The position numbers and the translations under genes were made by a program. A stretch of 64,000 nt of DNA from a virus. Its lineage: Duplodnaviria; Caudoviricetes. Under the pieces are notes generated by a model, which worked only from the letters and a program-made list of their open reading frames with translations, ran no database searches and was not told where the DNA came from. Shown piece by piece: positions 8,125-18,456 of the stretch. Numbering within the stretch: position 1 is the first letter of the stretch; every line of letters begins with the position of its first letter. The stretch is taken from IMG/VR virus record IMGVR_UViG_3300042888_002988, positions 136,159-200,158 of that record; one strand, 5' to 3'.

Positions 8125-9653
8125 TGAAAGCAGACTACGAACTTCGGCACAAGCTATACGGGCAGCAGGGATCCCTGTGGGAACGCCAAGTGGACGACGT
8201 GACTCGCGGTCGCATCCGCGCGATCGTGTCCGAGGCTGGCCACGCCTCCACGCTGGCGACACTTGATCGAGTGGCGGCCGGCGCTGTGAACGAGGGCCAG
8301 GTGCTCGTGGAGGATACCTTTTTCCGCTTCGTGGACGGCGACTTCGCAGTGGTCGGAAGACGCCAGCGTGATTACAACCACCGCAGTGTGGTGCTGTCCG
8401 ACGGCTCGCGTGTATACGTGGGCTACCGAGCGGGCGCCGGCAGCTACAGCGCTGATCCGATCCCCACAATACTGGCGAACGTATCCGATGCTTTCCTGAG
8501 TTACATCGACGGCACTCGTATGGGCATCAACGGCGACGCGACGCGGGACTGGTATCTCGTGCCGACGCCGTCGACGCTGCGACCCATCGTCATCCAAGGA
8601 AAGAACTTCGGTGAGTATCTCATCCAGGGCGTGGACTTCTTGGCGTTTGACGGCTACATCGCGCTCACCGACTCGCCGACCGAAGTGCTCCCGCTGGGGC
8701 TGGTGAAGGTGAACTCGGCCTACCGCAAGGTTTCGTCGCCCAACAACTTCGTGCTCTCCGCGCCGGCCCAGCGCACAGGCCACAAGTGGATGGCCGAGTA
8801 TGCCTACAAGACGCAATCGGTGGAAGCCTGCCGGCGCGCGGCAGCCGAGTATGCCGGCCTCTACGTTTTCGACGAAGCCGACGTGGCGCTGAGTGTCTAT
8901 GACATGGGCGGCGTCGCGAGAACCTACAACATGGCCGTGGCCGGAGTGCTGGAGATCACCTACCCCCACACACCGCTGACGCTGCGACAGACGGTGGAAG
9001 CTGGCTTCGTGCTGTGTCGCCGTTTCGATCTGGTGTCAGCGCGACACCTAGCCGAAGACAACGCCCTGAGAAATGCAGCCAGCGGATGGGATTACCCTTT
9101 CGCGCTGGACGGTGTCCTGCCTGTCAACGGTCTCACTTGGGACGGCGGCACGGTCACCATCGAAGCCGGCGCCACAGATCCCGGCACCGGTAAAGTGCAT
9201 GCCCGCATGATGTTTGAAGGCGAGCAGGAAACGCTCGAGGCACTATGGCGACTGACCGCCGCGCAGGAACTCGCCACAGGTGAGTTCCTGGTGGACACGC
9301 CGCTGCTCAGCGGTGGATTTCCGGGTGTGGTGGACGGGTGGGATTTGTTCCAAACCTTCTACGGCTCGCAGCTGCTGCTGGCGCTCGCCTCAAGTCACGA
9401 TCCAACGATCAACAGCCGGCTGTGGCGTTTCCTGTCCGAGCATCACCCGAAGTCATGCAACCTGCTGCTCAGTATAGATCTCGCGGCGGAGACTGTCCCC
9501 GTCACCGGCGGCAGCGGCGAGCCGCTGGTGGACGAGGTGGGAGAGTATGTCGCCGCGCCGCTGATTGAACCGTGCGAGGAGTTCCTGCTGGCCGTCCTCG
9601 GTAACCCGCTGTATGTCGTCGGCAATCCGCTGACCTACACGCTATGCTCCTAA
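8124..9653 (+). CDS. Putative baseplate/tail structural protein
   Basis: Long ORF coupled (TGATG) to the baseplate gene; no catalytic motif recognised. Confidence 0.5.
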   Translation: MKADYELRHKLYGQQGSLWERQVDDVTRGRIRAIVSEAGHASTLATLDRVAAGAVNEGQVLVEDTFFRFVDGDFAVVGRRQRDYNHRSVVLSDGSRVYVGYRAGAGSYSADPIPTILANVSDAFLSYIDGTRMGINGDATRDWYLVPTPSTLRPIVIQGKNFGEYLIQGVDFLAFDGYIALTDSPTEVLPLGLVKVNSAYRKVSSPNNFVLSAPAQRTGHKWMAEYAYKTQSVEACRRAAAEYAGLYVFDEADVALSVYDMGGVARTYNMAVAGVLEITYPHTPLTLRQTVEAGFVLCRRFDLVSARHLAEDNALRNAASGWDYPFALDGVLPVNGLTWDGGTVTIEAGATDPGTGKVHARMMFEGEQETLEALWRLTAAQELATGEFLVDTPLLSGGFPGVVDGWDLFQTFYGSQLLLALASSHDPTINSRLWRFLSEHHPKSCNLLLSIDLAAETVPVTGGSGEPLVDEVGEYVAAPLIEPCEEFLLAVLGNPLYVVGNPLTYTLCS

Positions 9654-9675
9654 CAACCCAAATACCCTCGAGCAC

Positions 9676-10269
9676 ATGTTCAAACTGATCAGAGACCAGA
9701 CATCCATCGGCGATGTGCTGAGCAACCGCGGACTGTGGCCGGTGAGCTACTCTGCCTACTACACGGAGAACAATCAACCGGCCGCCATCTTCGTGATGCA
9801 TTCATCACCGAGCCCGGATGTATTTGCTGACAGCTTTTCTTGCGTGGTCAGCGCCATCCAAATGACGGACTTGCCGGCGACGGCTCCGGAATTAGGGAGT
9901 CCGTTCTACAGGGTGTCTAGTTTCACCAAGCTTTTCCAGGACGCCGTTTCCGCCGTCGCTTTCGATGAGAAGATCAAGGCCCTCACGCAGGACCTGGTAA
10001 ATAATCTATACGCCGCGGGACAGCTGAGCGAAGTGCAGAACACCGTATTCGAGCCTCTGGGCGGTGGTGGCACCGACGTCCCAGCCCCCAGCAGCGGATC
10101 TGACCCAGGCAGCGTCGGCAGCGAATCTGACTCTGGCAGCGGATCTGACCCAGGCAGCGTCGGCAGCGAATCTGACTCTGGCAGTGGCTCCGACCCAGGC
10201 AGCGTCGGCAGCGAATCTGACTCTGGCAGTGGCTCCGACTCAGGCAGCTTCGGCAGCACGTCAGGCTGA
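9676..10269 (+). CDS. Putative virion protein with Gly/Ser/Asp repeat tail; paralog of 10317-10709
   Basis: Shared MFxLIRD, PAAIFVM and DVFADS with the next gene. Confidence 0.6.
   Translation: MFKLIRDQTSIGDVLSNRGLWPVSYSAYYTENNQPAAIFVMHSSPSPDVFADSFSCVVSAIQMTDLPATAPELGSPFYRVSSFTKLFQDAVSAVAFDEKIKALTQDLVNNLYAAGQLSEVQNTVFEPLGGGGTDVPAPSSGSDPGSVGSESDSGSGSDPGSVGSESDSGSGSDPGSVGSESDSGSGSDSGSFGSTSG
10096..10257 (+). repeat. 45-bp tandem repeat, about 3.6 copies (GSDPGSVGSESDSGS)
   Basis: Units start at 10096, 10141, 10186 and 10231. Confidence 0.95.
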
Positions 10270-10316
10270 CAGTCGCGCGTCTTGTATTTTCGATCCAACT
10301 CAAGTATCCTACCGCA

Positions 10317-10709
10317 ATGTTCCGGCTGATCAGAGATGAAACGACACCCACAGTAATGGTTGGCAGCCGCCATCAATGGGCCGTGCGCTTCACCGCGAGC
10401 CGCACCTTGAATTCTGCGCCCGCCGCGATCTTCGTCATGCGGAAAGCGCTGGCAACCGACGTGTTTGCTGACAGCCTCATCAGCGTCGCGAACGCGCTGC
10501 AGATGAGCGCACTGCCGATAGCTCCGCCAGATGTAGACGATCAGGTTTACCGGGCGAGCACCGTGACGCACCTCTGCCGCAGCGAAAAAGCCGCGGAAGA
10601 GTTCGTCAGCAAGATGGAGTTCGCCGTGCAGTATCTAGTCGAGGATCTCCACGCCGCCGACGGACTCAGCCAGCCGGAGGAAACACTAATCACGCCCGAC
10701 AATGACTGA
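10317..10709 (+). CDS. Putative virion protein, paralog of 9676-10269
   Basis: Alignable to the upstream gene over about 120 aa. Confidence 0.6.
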   Translation: MFRLIRDETTPTVMVGSRHQWAVRFTASRTLNSAPAAIFVMRKALATDVFADSLISVANALQMSALPIAPPDVDDQVYRASTVTHLCRSEKAAEEFVSKMEFAVQYLVEDLHAADGLSQPEETLITPDND

Positions 10710-11229
10710 TTTCGCCATACCCTACCTGATGGAGATCGAGCCGCGGCGTGTTGACGGCATGCTGGTGCCTCCCATGCGTCAGGACTTCAACCTGCCTGGG
10801 ATCATGGTGCTGCAACCGCTGCCGCCGGAATACGATACGGTGACCATGGAGCGCGCGCCTTACCTGACCATTCTTGACCTGTGGGCTCGGCAGGGCGACA
10901 CCTTCCTGTCCCGGGACATTGCTCGTTTCCTGCAGCCGAACGGCACGCCGGTGGCTGTGCAGTCGGCCCGCATGCAGATACGCCTCGCTGGCGGTGCGGC
11001 CCTCTACGAGTGGACCACCGAGGGCGTCAGTCCGAATATGCTCATCGGAGAGTCGGACAACCTTCTCACGCTGCTGCAGGTTGCGCCGGAAGTCACGGAC
11101 CTGTGGGTGGCCGGACAGCATCGCTACGATCTCGAAGTGACGTTCGTGGGCGGGCAAGTATTGACTCCTGTGGGCGGTGCTTTTACTGTAGCCGAGGACG
11201 TTACCAACGATGATCCACCGACCCCATGA
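10702..11229 (+). CDS. Tail-fibre/upper-baseplate (BppU-like) protein
   Basis: Motifs ARQGDTF and RYDLEVTF...GAFTVAEDVT; precedes the collagen-like fibre gene. Confidence 0.5.
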   Translation: MTDFAIPYLMEIEPRRVDGMLVPPMRQDFNLPGIMVLQPLPPEYDTVTMERAPYLTILDLWARQGDTFLSRDIARFLQPNGTPVAVQSARMQIRLAGGAALYEWTTEGVSPNMLIGESDNLLTLLQVAPEVTDLWVAGQHRYDLEVTFVGGQVLTPVGGAFTVAEDVTNDDPPTP

Positions 11230-12068
11230 GCGACCCTATCGAAGTCATTGTTCAGGTTCCACCGACAGGCCCTCCCAGCCCGCCGTTGCGGATCGGCATT
11301 GGCCCGCCCGGACCTCAAGGGATCCAGGGTGTCAAAGGGGACAAAGGTGATACCGGTGACACGGGGTCACAGGGAGCCACCGGACTTCAAGGGATCCAGG
11401 GTGTCAAAGGGGACAAAGGTGATACCGGTGCGCAAGGAGCCACCGGCCAGCAGGGTATACAGGGGGAACAAGGGCCAGCGCCTTGGACTTTTGTCGGAGC
11501 TTACGACAATGGGGCTGACTATGGCTTTAATGCGGCGGTAACTTATCAAGGCGGTTTCTACTACAGAACAGGTAACCCAAACAATCCGGGATACCCGCCG
11601 ACGCCTGGAGCAATCAATGCATCGTGGACGCCTGTTGCCGACAGGGGCGAGCAAGGTGCCACTGGTGATGTAGGTCCGCAGGGAGTCAAAGGCGACACTG
11701 GCGACATCGGTCCGCAAGGCGCCACTGGCCCGCAGGGTTCCCAAGGTGACCAGGGTGTCCAAGGAGAGCAAGGTGTCCAAGGAGAACAAGGTATCCAAGG
11801 CGACCAAGGCGGTCAGGGTATCCAAGGTGACCAGGGTGCCCAAGGAGAGCAAGGTGTCCAAGGAGAACAAGGTATCCAAGGCGACCAAGGCGGTCAGGGT
11901 ATCCAAGGTGACCAGGGCGTGGCTGGGCCAAACGAATTGACACAGTATACTTCGAGCGACGGCACTGCTACCTTGCAAATAGATACGCTGGATGCTAATC
12001 AAATGACAATAGGCGGACGAGCCGTATCTACCAAGAATTTTACCATCGCAATGGCTATCGCATTATGA
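11226..12068 (+). CDS. Collagen-like (Gly-X-Y) tail fibre protein
   Basis: Two long GXY runs. DNA-level duplications of 72 bp (11310/11382) and 81 bp (11741/11822/11903). Confidence 0.85.
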   Translation: MSDPIEVIVQVPPTGPPSPPLRIGIGPPGPQGIQGVKGDKGDTGDTGSQGATGLQGIQGVKGDKGDTGAQGATGQQGIQGEQGPAPWTFVGAYDNGADYGFNAAVTYQGGFYYRTGNPNNPGYPPTPGAINASWTPVADRGEQGATGDVGPQGVKGDTGDIGPQGATGPQGSQGDQGVQGEQGVQGEQGIQGDQGGQGIQGDQGAQGEQGVQGEQGIQGDQGGQGIQGDQGVAGPNELTQYTSSDGTATLQIDTLDANQMTIGGRAVSTKNFTIAMAIAL

Positions 12069-12649
12069 AAACACTTTGCCAGACCTATAGTCTGAGCGGA
12101 TCAGAGCTAACGCTAAGCGTGACTTTTCCGCTCAATCAAGAATCGATCTTGCTGATCACTGATGTCGATAATAACGACATTCTCTACAATTTTGCAGATC
12201 CAACACGCGGCGGCGTTTTGGTAGGCAACCTCATGATCTTGAATTACGTCGGATTGGCAACCGGCACTACACGTTTGCAGATTTACTTGGACGACGGAAA
12301 TGCACCAGCTTCCGAAGCTGGACTTCAGTCGATCACGAATCTGTCGACCGACACAAACGCATTACTCAATTCGCTTTCTGAAGCACTTAACGTACTCCAG
12401 AGGATCGCCAAAAACTTAGAGTCTCTGCAAGTCGTCGATGCCAACCAACGCCAGCGGGTGACAGTCGATTCCATCGCCGGCAGCTTGACGCTAGGAACCG
12501 TCACGACAGTAAGCACAGTCACCGCAGTCTCCGGAGTCGGGAGCGTGACGTCATTGAACCAGCTAGGCGGTGTTCCGACCATCTTCCTTCAAACCGACGT
12601 AGCCCGACAAGCCTTTGCCACTGGTATCCGCCGAAATCTAACCTTCTAA
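12065..12649 (+). CDS. Tail-fibre module protein
   Basis: Coupled to the collagen gene; T/V/S-rich C-terminus. Confidence 0.55.
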   Translation: MKTLCQTYSLSGSELTLSVTFPLNQESILLITDVDNNDILYNFADPTRGGVLVGNLMILNYVGLATGTTRLQIYLDDGNAPASEAGLQSITNLSTDTNALLNSLSEALNVLQRIAKNLESLQVVDANQRQRVTVDSIAGSLTLGTVTTVSTVTAVSGVGSVTSLNQLGGVPTIFLQTDVARQAFATGIRRNLTF

Positions 12650-12655
12650 TAGAAC

Positions 12656-15511
12656 ATGTCATACACAAGCAATCTCAAAAAAGTAGTGGATCTTCCGGTC
12701 TGGGAGTGGATGCGCGTCGCTCCTGCCACAACCTCGGCGCTGACCTGCCTCACCGCTGCAAACACCCTCAACAACCGTTATCTGTACTACCTGGCGACCA
12801 ACACACTGTTTCGTTACGACACGCACACAGACTGCTGGCAACAACTCGCAAGCTCGATCAACGTCAACATTACATTGATCGAGGCTGGCTACACGTCGGC
12901 CATGGGTCACCCGGGTCGCGCGATCGCAGGCGGTGCTTCGACGATCACCTTGGCTGGACTTGGTGGTAACGCTCTCGTCGGTCAAAAAATTCGCATTACC
13001 GGCGGGACGGGCGCGGGACAAGAGCGGACTATCACAGCTGTCAGCGCGCCGACCATCCACGATCGCGGTATCGTCGTTGGTTCGTCGACATCCAGCATCA
13101 TCGATTCCTCATCAGGTATCCTCACCAAGACCTGGCGTCCTAACAAGTGGCGTGATTATCAAGTGCGCGTGTTCTTCGGTACGTTTTCCGGGTTGGTGCG
13201 TCCCATCCTACAAAACTCAGGAACGACCCTATTCTTCTCTGACGCCGGCACGAATGTCATCAACGTGTGGAACGCGCCGACCGCATCAGGCACAGTCCCA
13301 GTGAACTCATTTTACCAGATCGAGTCCCACGTCGCAACGGTCGATTCGCCGTGGGACGTGCAACCTGACAGCACGTCTACGTTCATGATCATGTCTGGCG
13401 GGCTGTGGTCGATATCAAGCAATGCCGGCGGATTCTGCATCCATTACTACGACGTGCTCGGTGATTACTGGTATCAGAAATCAAACGTCACTGGCCATCT
13501 GGGAGCCATCGGAACGGCGATTGCGTTCGAGCGTTTTACTGAATCTGGAGGGGCAATTCTGACCGGCCTATCTGCCACTTCAGCTGCCGCAAGAACTCTA
13601 ACCAATTCGTTAGCGAATATGGGGGTCAACCGTTACGCGAACATGGAGATCCGCATCACCAGCGGCATCGCAAAAGGACAGATCAAAACCATTCTGGCCA
13701 ACTCACCCACCACATTCTACTTTGCCAGCCCTTTCAACGTGACACCCAACGCGGACGACACCTACGAGGTGTGGCGTGACTGTGGAAAGCTACTCGTGGC
13801 TGGTATGGCTGGCGCGCCAATTCAAATGTATACTGCCGGCGAGGATCTCTGGGCGTCCGGTCGAATCTTTGATGTAGGTATTAGTCGCCCGGCGACTGTC
13901 ACAGGCGCTGGGTTTGCTCCTATGGGTGTGGTCAGTATCACGAGGACCTCGAATTTGTATGGCGCAACCGCCATCAATCCTATTCCGTCCTCTGGCGGTA
14001 CCGGTTATCAAGTCGGGCAAATGCTCACGCTCGGAACTCCGTCTGGAGGTGTCGGGGCCTCTGCGGTGATCACGGATGTTAGCTCCACCGGAGCGGTCAC
14101 CGGCGTGGCACTCGTCGCGCCTGGCGCTCCTGCCGTCAACGGATACATTACCGGTAATAGATCTACAACGGTGACGCCCGTCGGAGGCACCGGCTGTATC
14201 GTCAACGTCACGGCCGTCGGAGAAATTGCGACAGTGACATTATCATCGAACGCGCCTTTTAAGCTTGGTGATTCTGTTACCATCGCCGGCGCAGTCCAAT
14301 CGGACTATAACGGCTCGAAATCGATCATTGGTATACCGACTGCCACGACTTTCAACTTCTCGCTGGGAGTGGCCGCCCCAGTTACGCCAGCAACTTTCAC
14401 CGCAATACAGTCCACTACGACCGTCGCAGACATTGCCAAGAACTGGATTCCAAACGAGCACGTCGGTAAAATTCTGACACTCACGTCAACTGTCGGTCAA
14501 ACCGTAGCGGCCACGCACCGTGTGATTGCGTCCAACACGTCAAATACGATCACAGTCGTCGGAACCAACTTCACACCAACAGTCGGTGTGTCGCAGTATT
14601 TGATTCAGGACATACGTTGCTTCGGTACTGAAATGTCGGTCGGCGCTCGCACCGGCGGCGGACGTTCGGGATTTGCCAGCGGCGGTTCCACCTCCACGCT
14701 TGTCGACGCGTCCAAAAATTGGCCACCAGCTTACTGGATTGGACGCAAGGTCCAAATCGTCGCCGGAACCGGTATAGGTGCTATTCTGACAATCACTGCA
14801 AACTCCGCCACGACGCTGACCTACGCGACGCAGACGTTCACCCCTGACGCAACCACAGTTTACCAAATTCACGACTGCTTCGGAGTGGCGACCGGCGGAT
14901 CAGGCACGACGCTGGTCGACACCACCCAGAACTGGGGCACCAACATCCACGTCGGCAAGCAGGTCAAATACACTATTGCTGCTACCGGTGCGTGGGTATA
15001 CGCTACCGTGACTTCAAACACATCGAACACGCTGACGTTTGCGACCGCAACAGCGCCTGATGCGACATCCGCGTATTCGATCCTAGAGTCTCAACTAATG
15101 GGCGCTGGTATTCACATGGACTGCGTTACCGGGTGCTCCGATCCTAGCATCAACAATCGCTACCTTTACAAGTGGACCGGAGGAGGTTCTGCTCAGCTCA
15201 CGCGCTATGACTTCACGACTGAGCAATTTGAGACATTGGTTTATTTCCCTCAAGGTGAGACGCTAAACGCAGGGTCGATGTTTGCCTACGACGGAGTAGA
15301 TCGTATCTACTTCACCAAGGACATCTCTGGGCGTGTGTTCTACTACGACGTGGTTAAGAACCTCGTCGTGCCGTTCGGAGTCATTCCATACGGCATGGGA
15401 GTTGCCGTCATTGGTAACCGCATGGAAGTCATTGAGTCGCCTGACGGGGTGAGGTTCCTCTACATCATGCGTCACACCGGCGTTGAGATGTGGCGCGCCT
15501 TGATACCGTGA
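12656..15511 (+). CDS. Large tail fibre/receptor-binding protein with repeated beta-rich modules
   Basis: 951 aa, T/G/S-rich, with repeated modules (TLVDxxxNW...GxxVxIxxGTGxG...I..N...TL). Confidence 0.7.
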   Translation: MSYTSNLKKVVDLPVWEWMRVAPATTSALTCLTAANTLNNRYLYYLATNTLFRYDTHTDCWQQLASSINVNITLIEAGYTSAMGHPGRAIAGGASTITLAGLGGNALVGQKIRITGGTGAGQERTITAVSAPTIHDRGIVVGSSTSSIIDSSSGILTKTWRPNKWRDYQVRVFFGTFSGLVRPILQNSGTTLFFSDAGTNVINVWNAPTASGTVPVNSFYQIESHVATVDSPWDVQPDSTSTFMIMSGGLWSISSNAGGFCIHYYDVLGDYWYQKSNVTGHLGAIGTAIAFERFTESGGAILTGLSATSAAARTLTNSLANMGVNRYANMEIRITSGIAKGQIKTILANSPTTFYFASPFNVTPNADDTYEVWRDCGKLLVAGMAGAPIQMYTAGEDLWASGRIFDVGISRPATVTGAGFAPMGVVSITRTSNLYGATAINPIPSSGGTGYQVGQMLTLGTPSGGVGASAVITDVSSTGAVTGVALVAPGAPAVNGYITGNRSTTVTPVGGTGCIVNVTAVGEIATVTLSSNAPFKLGDSVTIAGAVQSDYNGSKSIIGIPTATTFNFSLGVAAPVTPATFTAIQSTTTVADIAKNWIPNEHVGKILTLTSTVGQTVAATHRVIASNTSNTITVVGTNFTPTVGVSQYLIQDIRCFGTEMSVGARTGGGRSGFASGGSTSTLVDASKNWPPAYWIGRKVQIVAGTGIGAILTITANSATTLTYATQTFTPDATTVYQIHDCFGVATGGSGTTLVDTTQNWGTNIHVGKQVKYTIAATGAWVYATVTSNTSNTLTFATATAPDATSAYSILESQLMGAGIHMDCVTGCSDPSINNRYLYKWTGGGSAQLTRYDFTTEQFETLVYFPQGETLNAGSMFAYDGVDRIYFTKDISGRVFYYDVVKNLVVPFGVIPYGMGVAVIGNRMEVIESPDGVRFLYIMRHTGVEMWRALIP

Positions 15512-15550
15512 CAACCCACTCCTACGAACCGCATACGATAGATCAAAATT

Positions 15551-15880
15551 ATGGCTGAAATACTCATCCCAGAAGTAAAGGAAACGCCGCCTTCGGCAGC
15601 GCGCGTGGCTGCCGTAGACCTCCTGAAAGACCGGCGCGAGCTGGCCGTAGCGATTGTCGAAGGGCAGCGACGCCTTTTCGACCGCCTGTGGAAGTCACCG
15701 GATGCCACGCCCGAGGACATCCTCCGTGAGCTTGGCACTGACGCCTCGGCGTTCTTCACAGAGGGAGGACTGCTCGTGGAGTTTCTGATGGCGACAAAGA
15801 CGGTCCGGATGTCTGAGGCCGAATACGCCCCGCCAGTGGCTTACACCGCGCACGACGACGGGACGGTGACGTTGAATTAG
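15551..15880 (+). CDS. Hypothetical protein (tail-fibre associated)
   Basis: Last ORF of the fibre module. Confidence 0.55.
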   Translation: MAEILIPEVKETPPSAARVAAVDLLKDRRELAVAIVEGQRRLFDRLWKSPDATPEDILRELGTDASAFFTEGGLLVEFLMATKTVRMSEAEYAPPVAYTAHDDGTVTLN

Positions 15881-15882
15881 TA

Positions 15883-18348
15883 TCAGCTGACCACGACCGT
15901 CACGTCTGGCTCTTGGCCGTAGAACGTCGAAATTGCCGGCAGCAGCCTCACCGCTGGCGACATGAGCTTGTCTCCTTCAATCGCTACCAGCGTGCCCATG
16001 TCGCGCGCCTCGTGCACGATACCGTCATGGTCGCGCTGCAGGTCACGCAGATCGATGTGGAGATCCTGCCCGTCGATGAGAGTGATGCGGCGGCCGGCCA
16101 TCTCGTAGGGGATCTGCGCCAGGAGCTGCTCGAGCGCCGTGGGGGTCTGCTGCGAAATCGTCCAGTCGGTGAGTCCGCACACGTTTTCGATCAACCAGCG
16201 ACCTTCCCGCAGTAATGAGCGGTGATGCGTCATCGCTGGGATCTCACGGAAGGCGTCGCCGCCGGTGCTGAGGCACCAGTCGACCACGCGGCGCAGACAG
16301 AACTGAGCTGCTCGTCCGCCGGCCTCCGCTTGGATGGGATCTGGGTGCGTCGTGAAGCTGTAGCCGCTGTCGGTGAGATGCAGGAACGGCGTCTGGGATC
16401 CCACCGGCATGGCGTTCCTGGGGCCGGCGGCGAGCAGCGGATAGCCGCAGACCCCTTCCACCCGGCTGCCGTCGCGGGCGTTGGCATTGAGCGCGTGGAT
16501 CTCCTGCTGGCCCAGCGCTGTGCTGATACGGTCCAGCACCGTCATGGCCGCCGAACTTTGAGCGATCAGGATCGGTTGCGTCACGCACCGGCGGAAGTAG
16601 CGCACGCTGGAAGCCACCAGCATGGCGATCAAGTCGTGGCACGATGCGTCCAGGTCCGGCGGGCAGCTGTCCGCCCAGGATTTCATGTCGATCGCCTTGT
16701 AGCGCGACAGCACCGGCACCGACGGGCACAGGATCTGGCTGGTGACCTCTGTGCCGTCCATGGTAGCCACGAAGCCGGGGAACGTGAAGGACTTGCGGTT
16801 CTCGCTCCAGCCGAGGATGTCGACGCCGCGCACGGGCCGAGCCTCGGCCGCCTGCTTCCTCAGGTATGGAATGATGTATTGCCGGAACTTGGTGACTTCG
16901 ACCACCATCGGTATGCGGCCGGCGGTGGAGACTAGGTCGGCTACGGTGATCTGCCGCTGCAGCTCCCCTTCCAGCGCCGACACGCGGTCGTTGAGCATGT
17001 TCTGCGGGAAGATGACCTCCATCACCGCCCGGCCGCACTGCAGCGTCGCCTGGCAATAACGATCGGCCTTGTGGTTCCGGAAGGTGACGTTGGACGTGAT
17101 GCGGATCGTGAAGTTGGACAGCGACAAGCTGTCCGATCCGCGGACAACTCGATAATCGTCCGCCGTCTCCTTCACGGTCATGAAGCGTTCTGTGAGAATG
17201 TTCCTGTTGCGGGACAGGCGCTCGATGTCCTCCGCGAGCGCGATTCGACCTCGCTTCTGGAACCTGGCGATCAGAGCGACAGCATCCTCGTGTCTGGTGC
17301 CGGTCTGCTCGAAAATGCTGGCCGCCGCCGGTGGCATCTGCGTCGCGCTCGGCGGAATCATTTTGGCGATCATCGCGTAGCGCATGGCCGCCCAGGACGG
17401 GGCATCCTGACGCGGACTGAGCTGCATGATGTGCTCGATGGGAAAACACTGCACGCTGCGCTCCAGCCCTGGGAACTGGTCGAGGGCGTGCTGGATGCGT
17501 ACGATGTCGTCCGGCCCGAAGTATGACGGGTTGGCGTGCAGGTCGCAGTGGCGAGGGACGGCGGTCAGGAGGTGCTCCTGGACTTCCCATCGCGGGCAGG
17601 TGCCGCCGTTGTAGAGATCGAGGTGAATGCTGGCAACCTCCTCAGGTTTCCCCACTGACGCCAGGTCGTGCTGCATCTTCAGTGCGACATCCATGCCGGC
17701 CGCCATGATCCGAGGCTGCCCAGGCCGCAGCCCCAGTAGGGAGCACACGCCTGCCGCGTAAGCCCGCCAAACGATCTCCTCGCAGCGTCCACTGGCGTTC
17801 ATCAGAATGATGCGGTCGATGGTGTGCGGGATCGTCTGCACGCAGAACGCCCGGGAAGCCCCAGGCGGATTTTTTACCCACGTGTCCGGGATCACCGCTC
17901 CCGTCGACATCGCCACGGTCACCAGTTCCTTCACCTGCTGGGAGTCGAGGACGATGGCCCCGAACCGGCTGTGGCGGATGCCGAACCCCTGCCGGTCCAG
18001 TCTGCCGACGATTTGCAGGGCCTCGTTGGTGGGCGGAGTAGTGCAGAACCTCACCCACGTATTCAGCACGAGGCGCTCCGCCGATCGCATGTGCGCCCTG
18101 GCCATATCGGGCACGCGCTTGTAGCGGGTCGCGAGCGCCTGGGCGGCCAGTAGGTGATTCCCGTAATGCTGGGCCAGCAGGTCATCCGATGAGGCTGCTT
18201 GGATCCGGCAGGTGGGGTTGAGGCACTGCAGGAATTCGCGGGAGGCCCAGGCGTCCTCGTGGCACCACGGGCAAATGAGCTTGTGCGTCCAGTCGTTGAG
18301 AGAGGATACCGGGATGCCGAGCAGGTCTATGGCGGTGAGGATTCGCAC
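15883..18348 (-). CDS. Large hypothetical protein with N-terminal Zn-finger; possibly a degenerate primase/helicase-related protein
   Basis: CPWC...CLNPTC at the N-terminus and a DUF927-like LGW...F.FPG segment. No intact Walker A or TOPRIM motif seen. Confidence 0.5.
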   Translation of the reverse strand: MRILTAIDLLGIPVSSLNDWTHKLICPWCHEDAWASREFLQCLNPTCRIQAASSDDLLAQHYGNHLLAAQALATRYKRVPDMARAHMRSAERLVLNTWVRFCTTPPTNEALQIVGRLDRQGFGIRHSRFGAIVLDSQQVKELVTVAMSTGAVIPDTWVKNPPGASRAFCVQTIPHTIDRIILMNASGRCEEIVWRAYAAGVCSLLGLRPGQPRIMAAGMDVALKMQHDLASVGKPEEVASIHLDLYNGGTCPRWEVQEHLLTAVPRHCDLHANPSYFGPDDIVRIQHALDQFPGLERSVQCFPIEHIMQLSPRQDAPSWAAMRYAMIAKMIPPSATQMPPAAASIFEQTGTRHEDAVALIARFQKRGRIALAEDIERLSRNRNILTERFMTVKETADDYRVVRGSDSLSLSNFTIRITSNVTFRNHKADRYCQATLQCGRAVMEVIFPQNMLNDRVSALEGELQRQITVADLVSTAGRIPMVVEVTKFRQYIIPYLRKQAAEARPVRGVDILGWSENRKSFTFPGFVATMDGTEVTSQILCPSVPVLSRYKAIDMKSWADSCPPDLDASCHDLIAMLVASSVRYFRRCVTQPILIAQSSAAMTVLDRISTALGQQEIHALNANARDGSRVEGVCGYPLLAAGPRNAMPVGSQTPFLHLTDSGYSFTTHPDPIQAEAGGRAAQFCLRRVVDWCLSTGGDAFREIPAMTHHRSLLREGRWLIENVCGLTDWTISQQTPTALEQLLAQIPYEMAGRRITLIDGQDLHIDLRDLQRDHDGIVHEARDMGTLVAIEGDKLMSPAVRLLPAISTFYGQEPDVTVVVS

Positions 18349-18456
18349 TGGCGGGAGATTATCGCGATTTATTTAGGGAAGTCCACGCTAGGATTTGCGC
18401 TTTCAAAAATTGAAAGTAGGGGTTAAGGTGCGGCGAGCATCTACGGTGACACGGCC

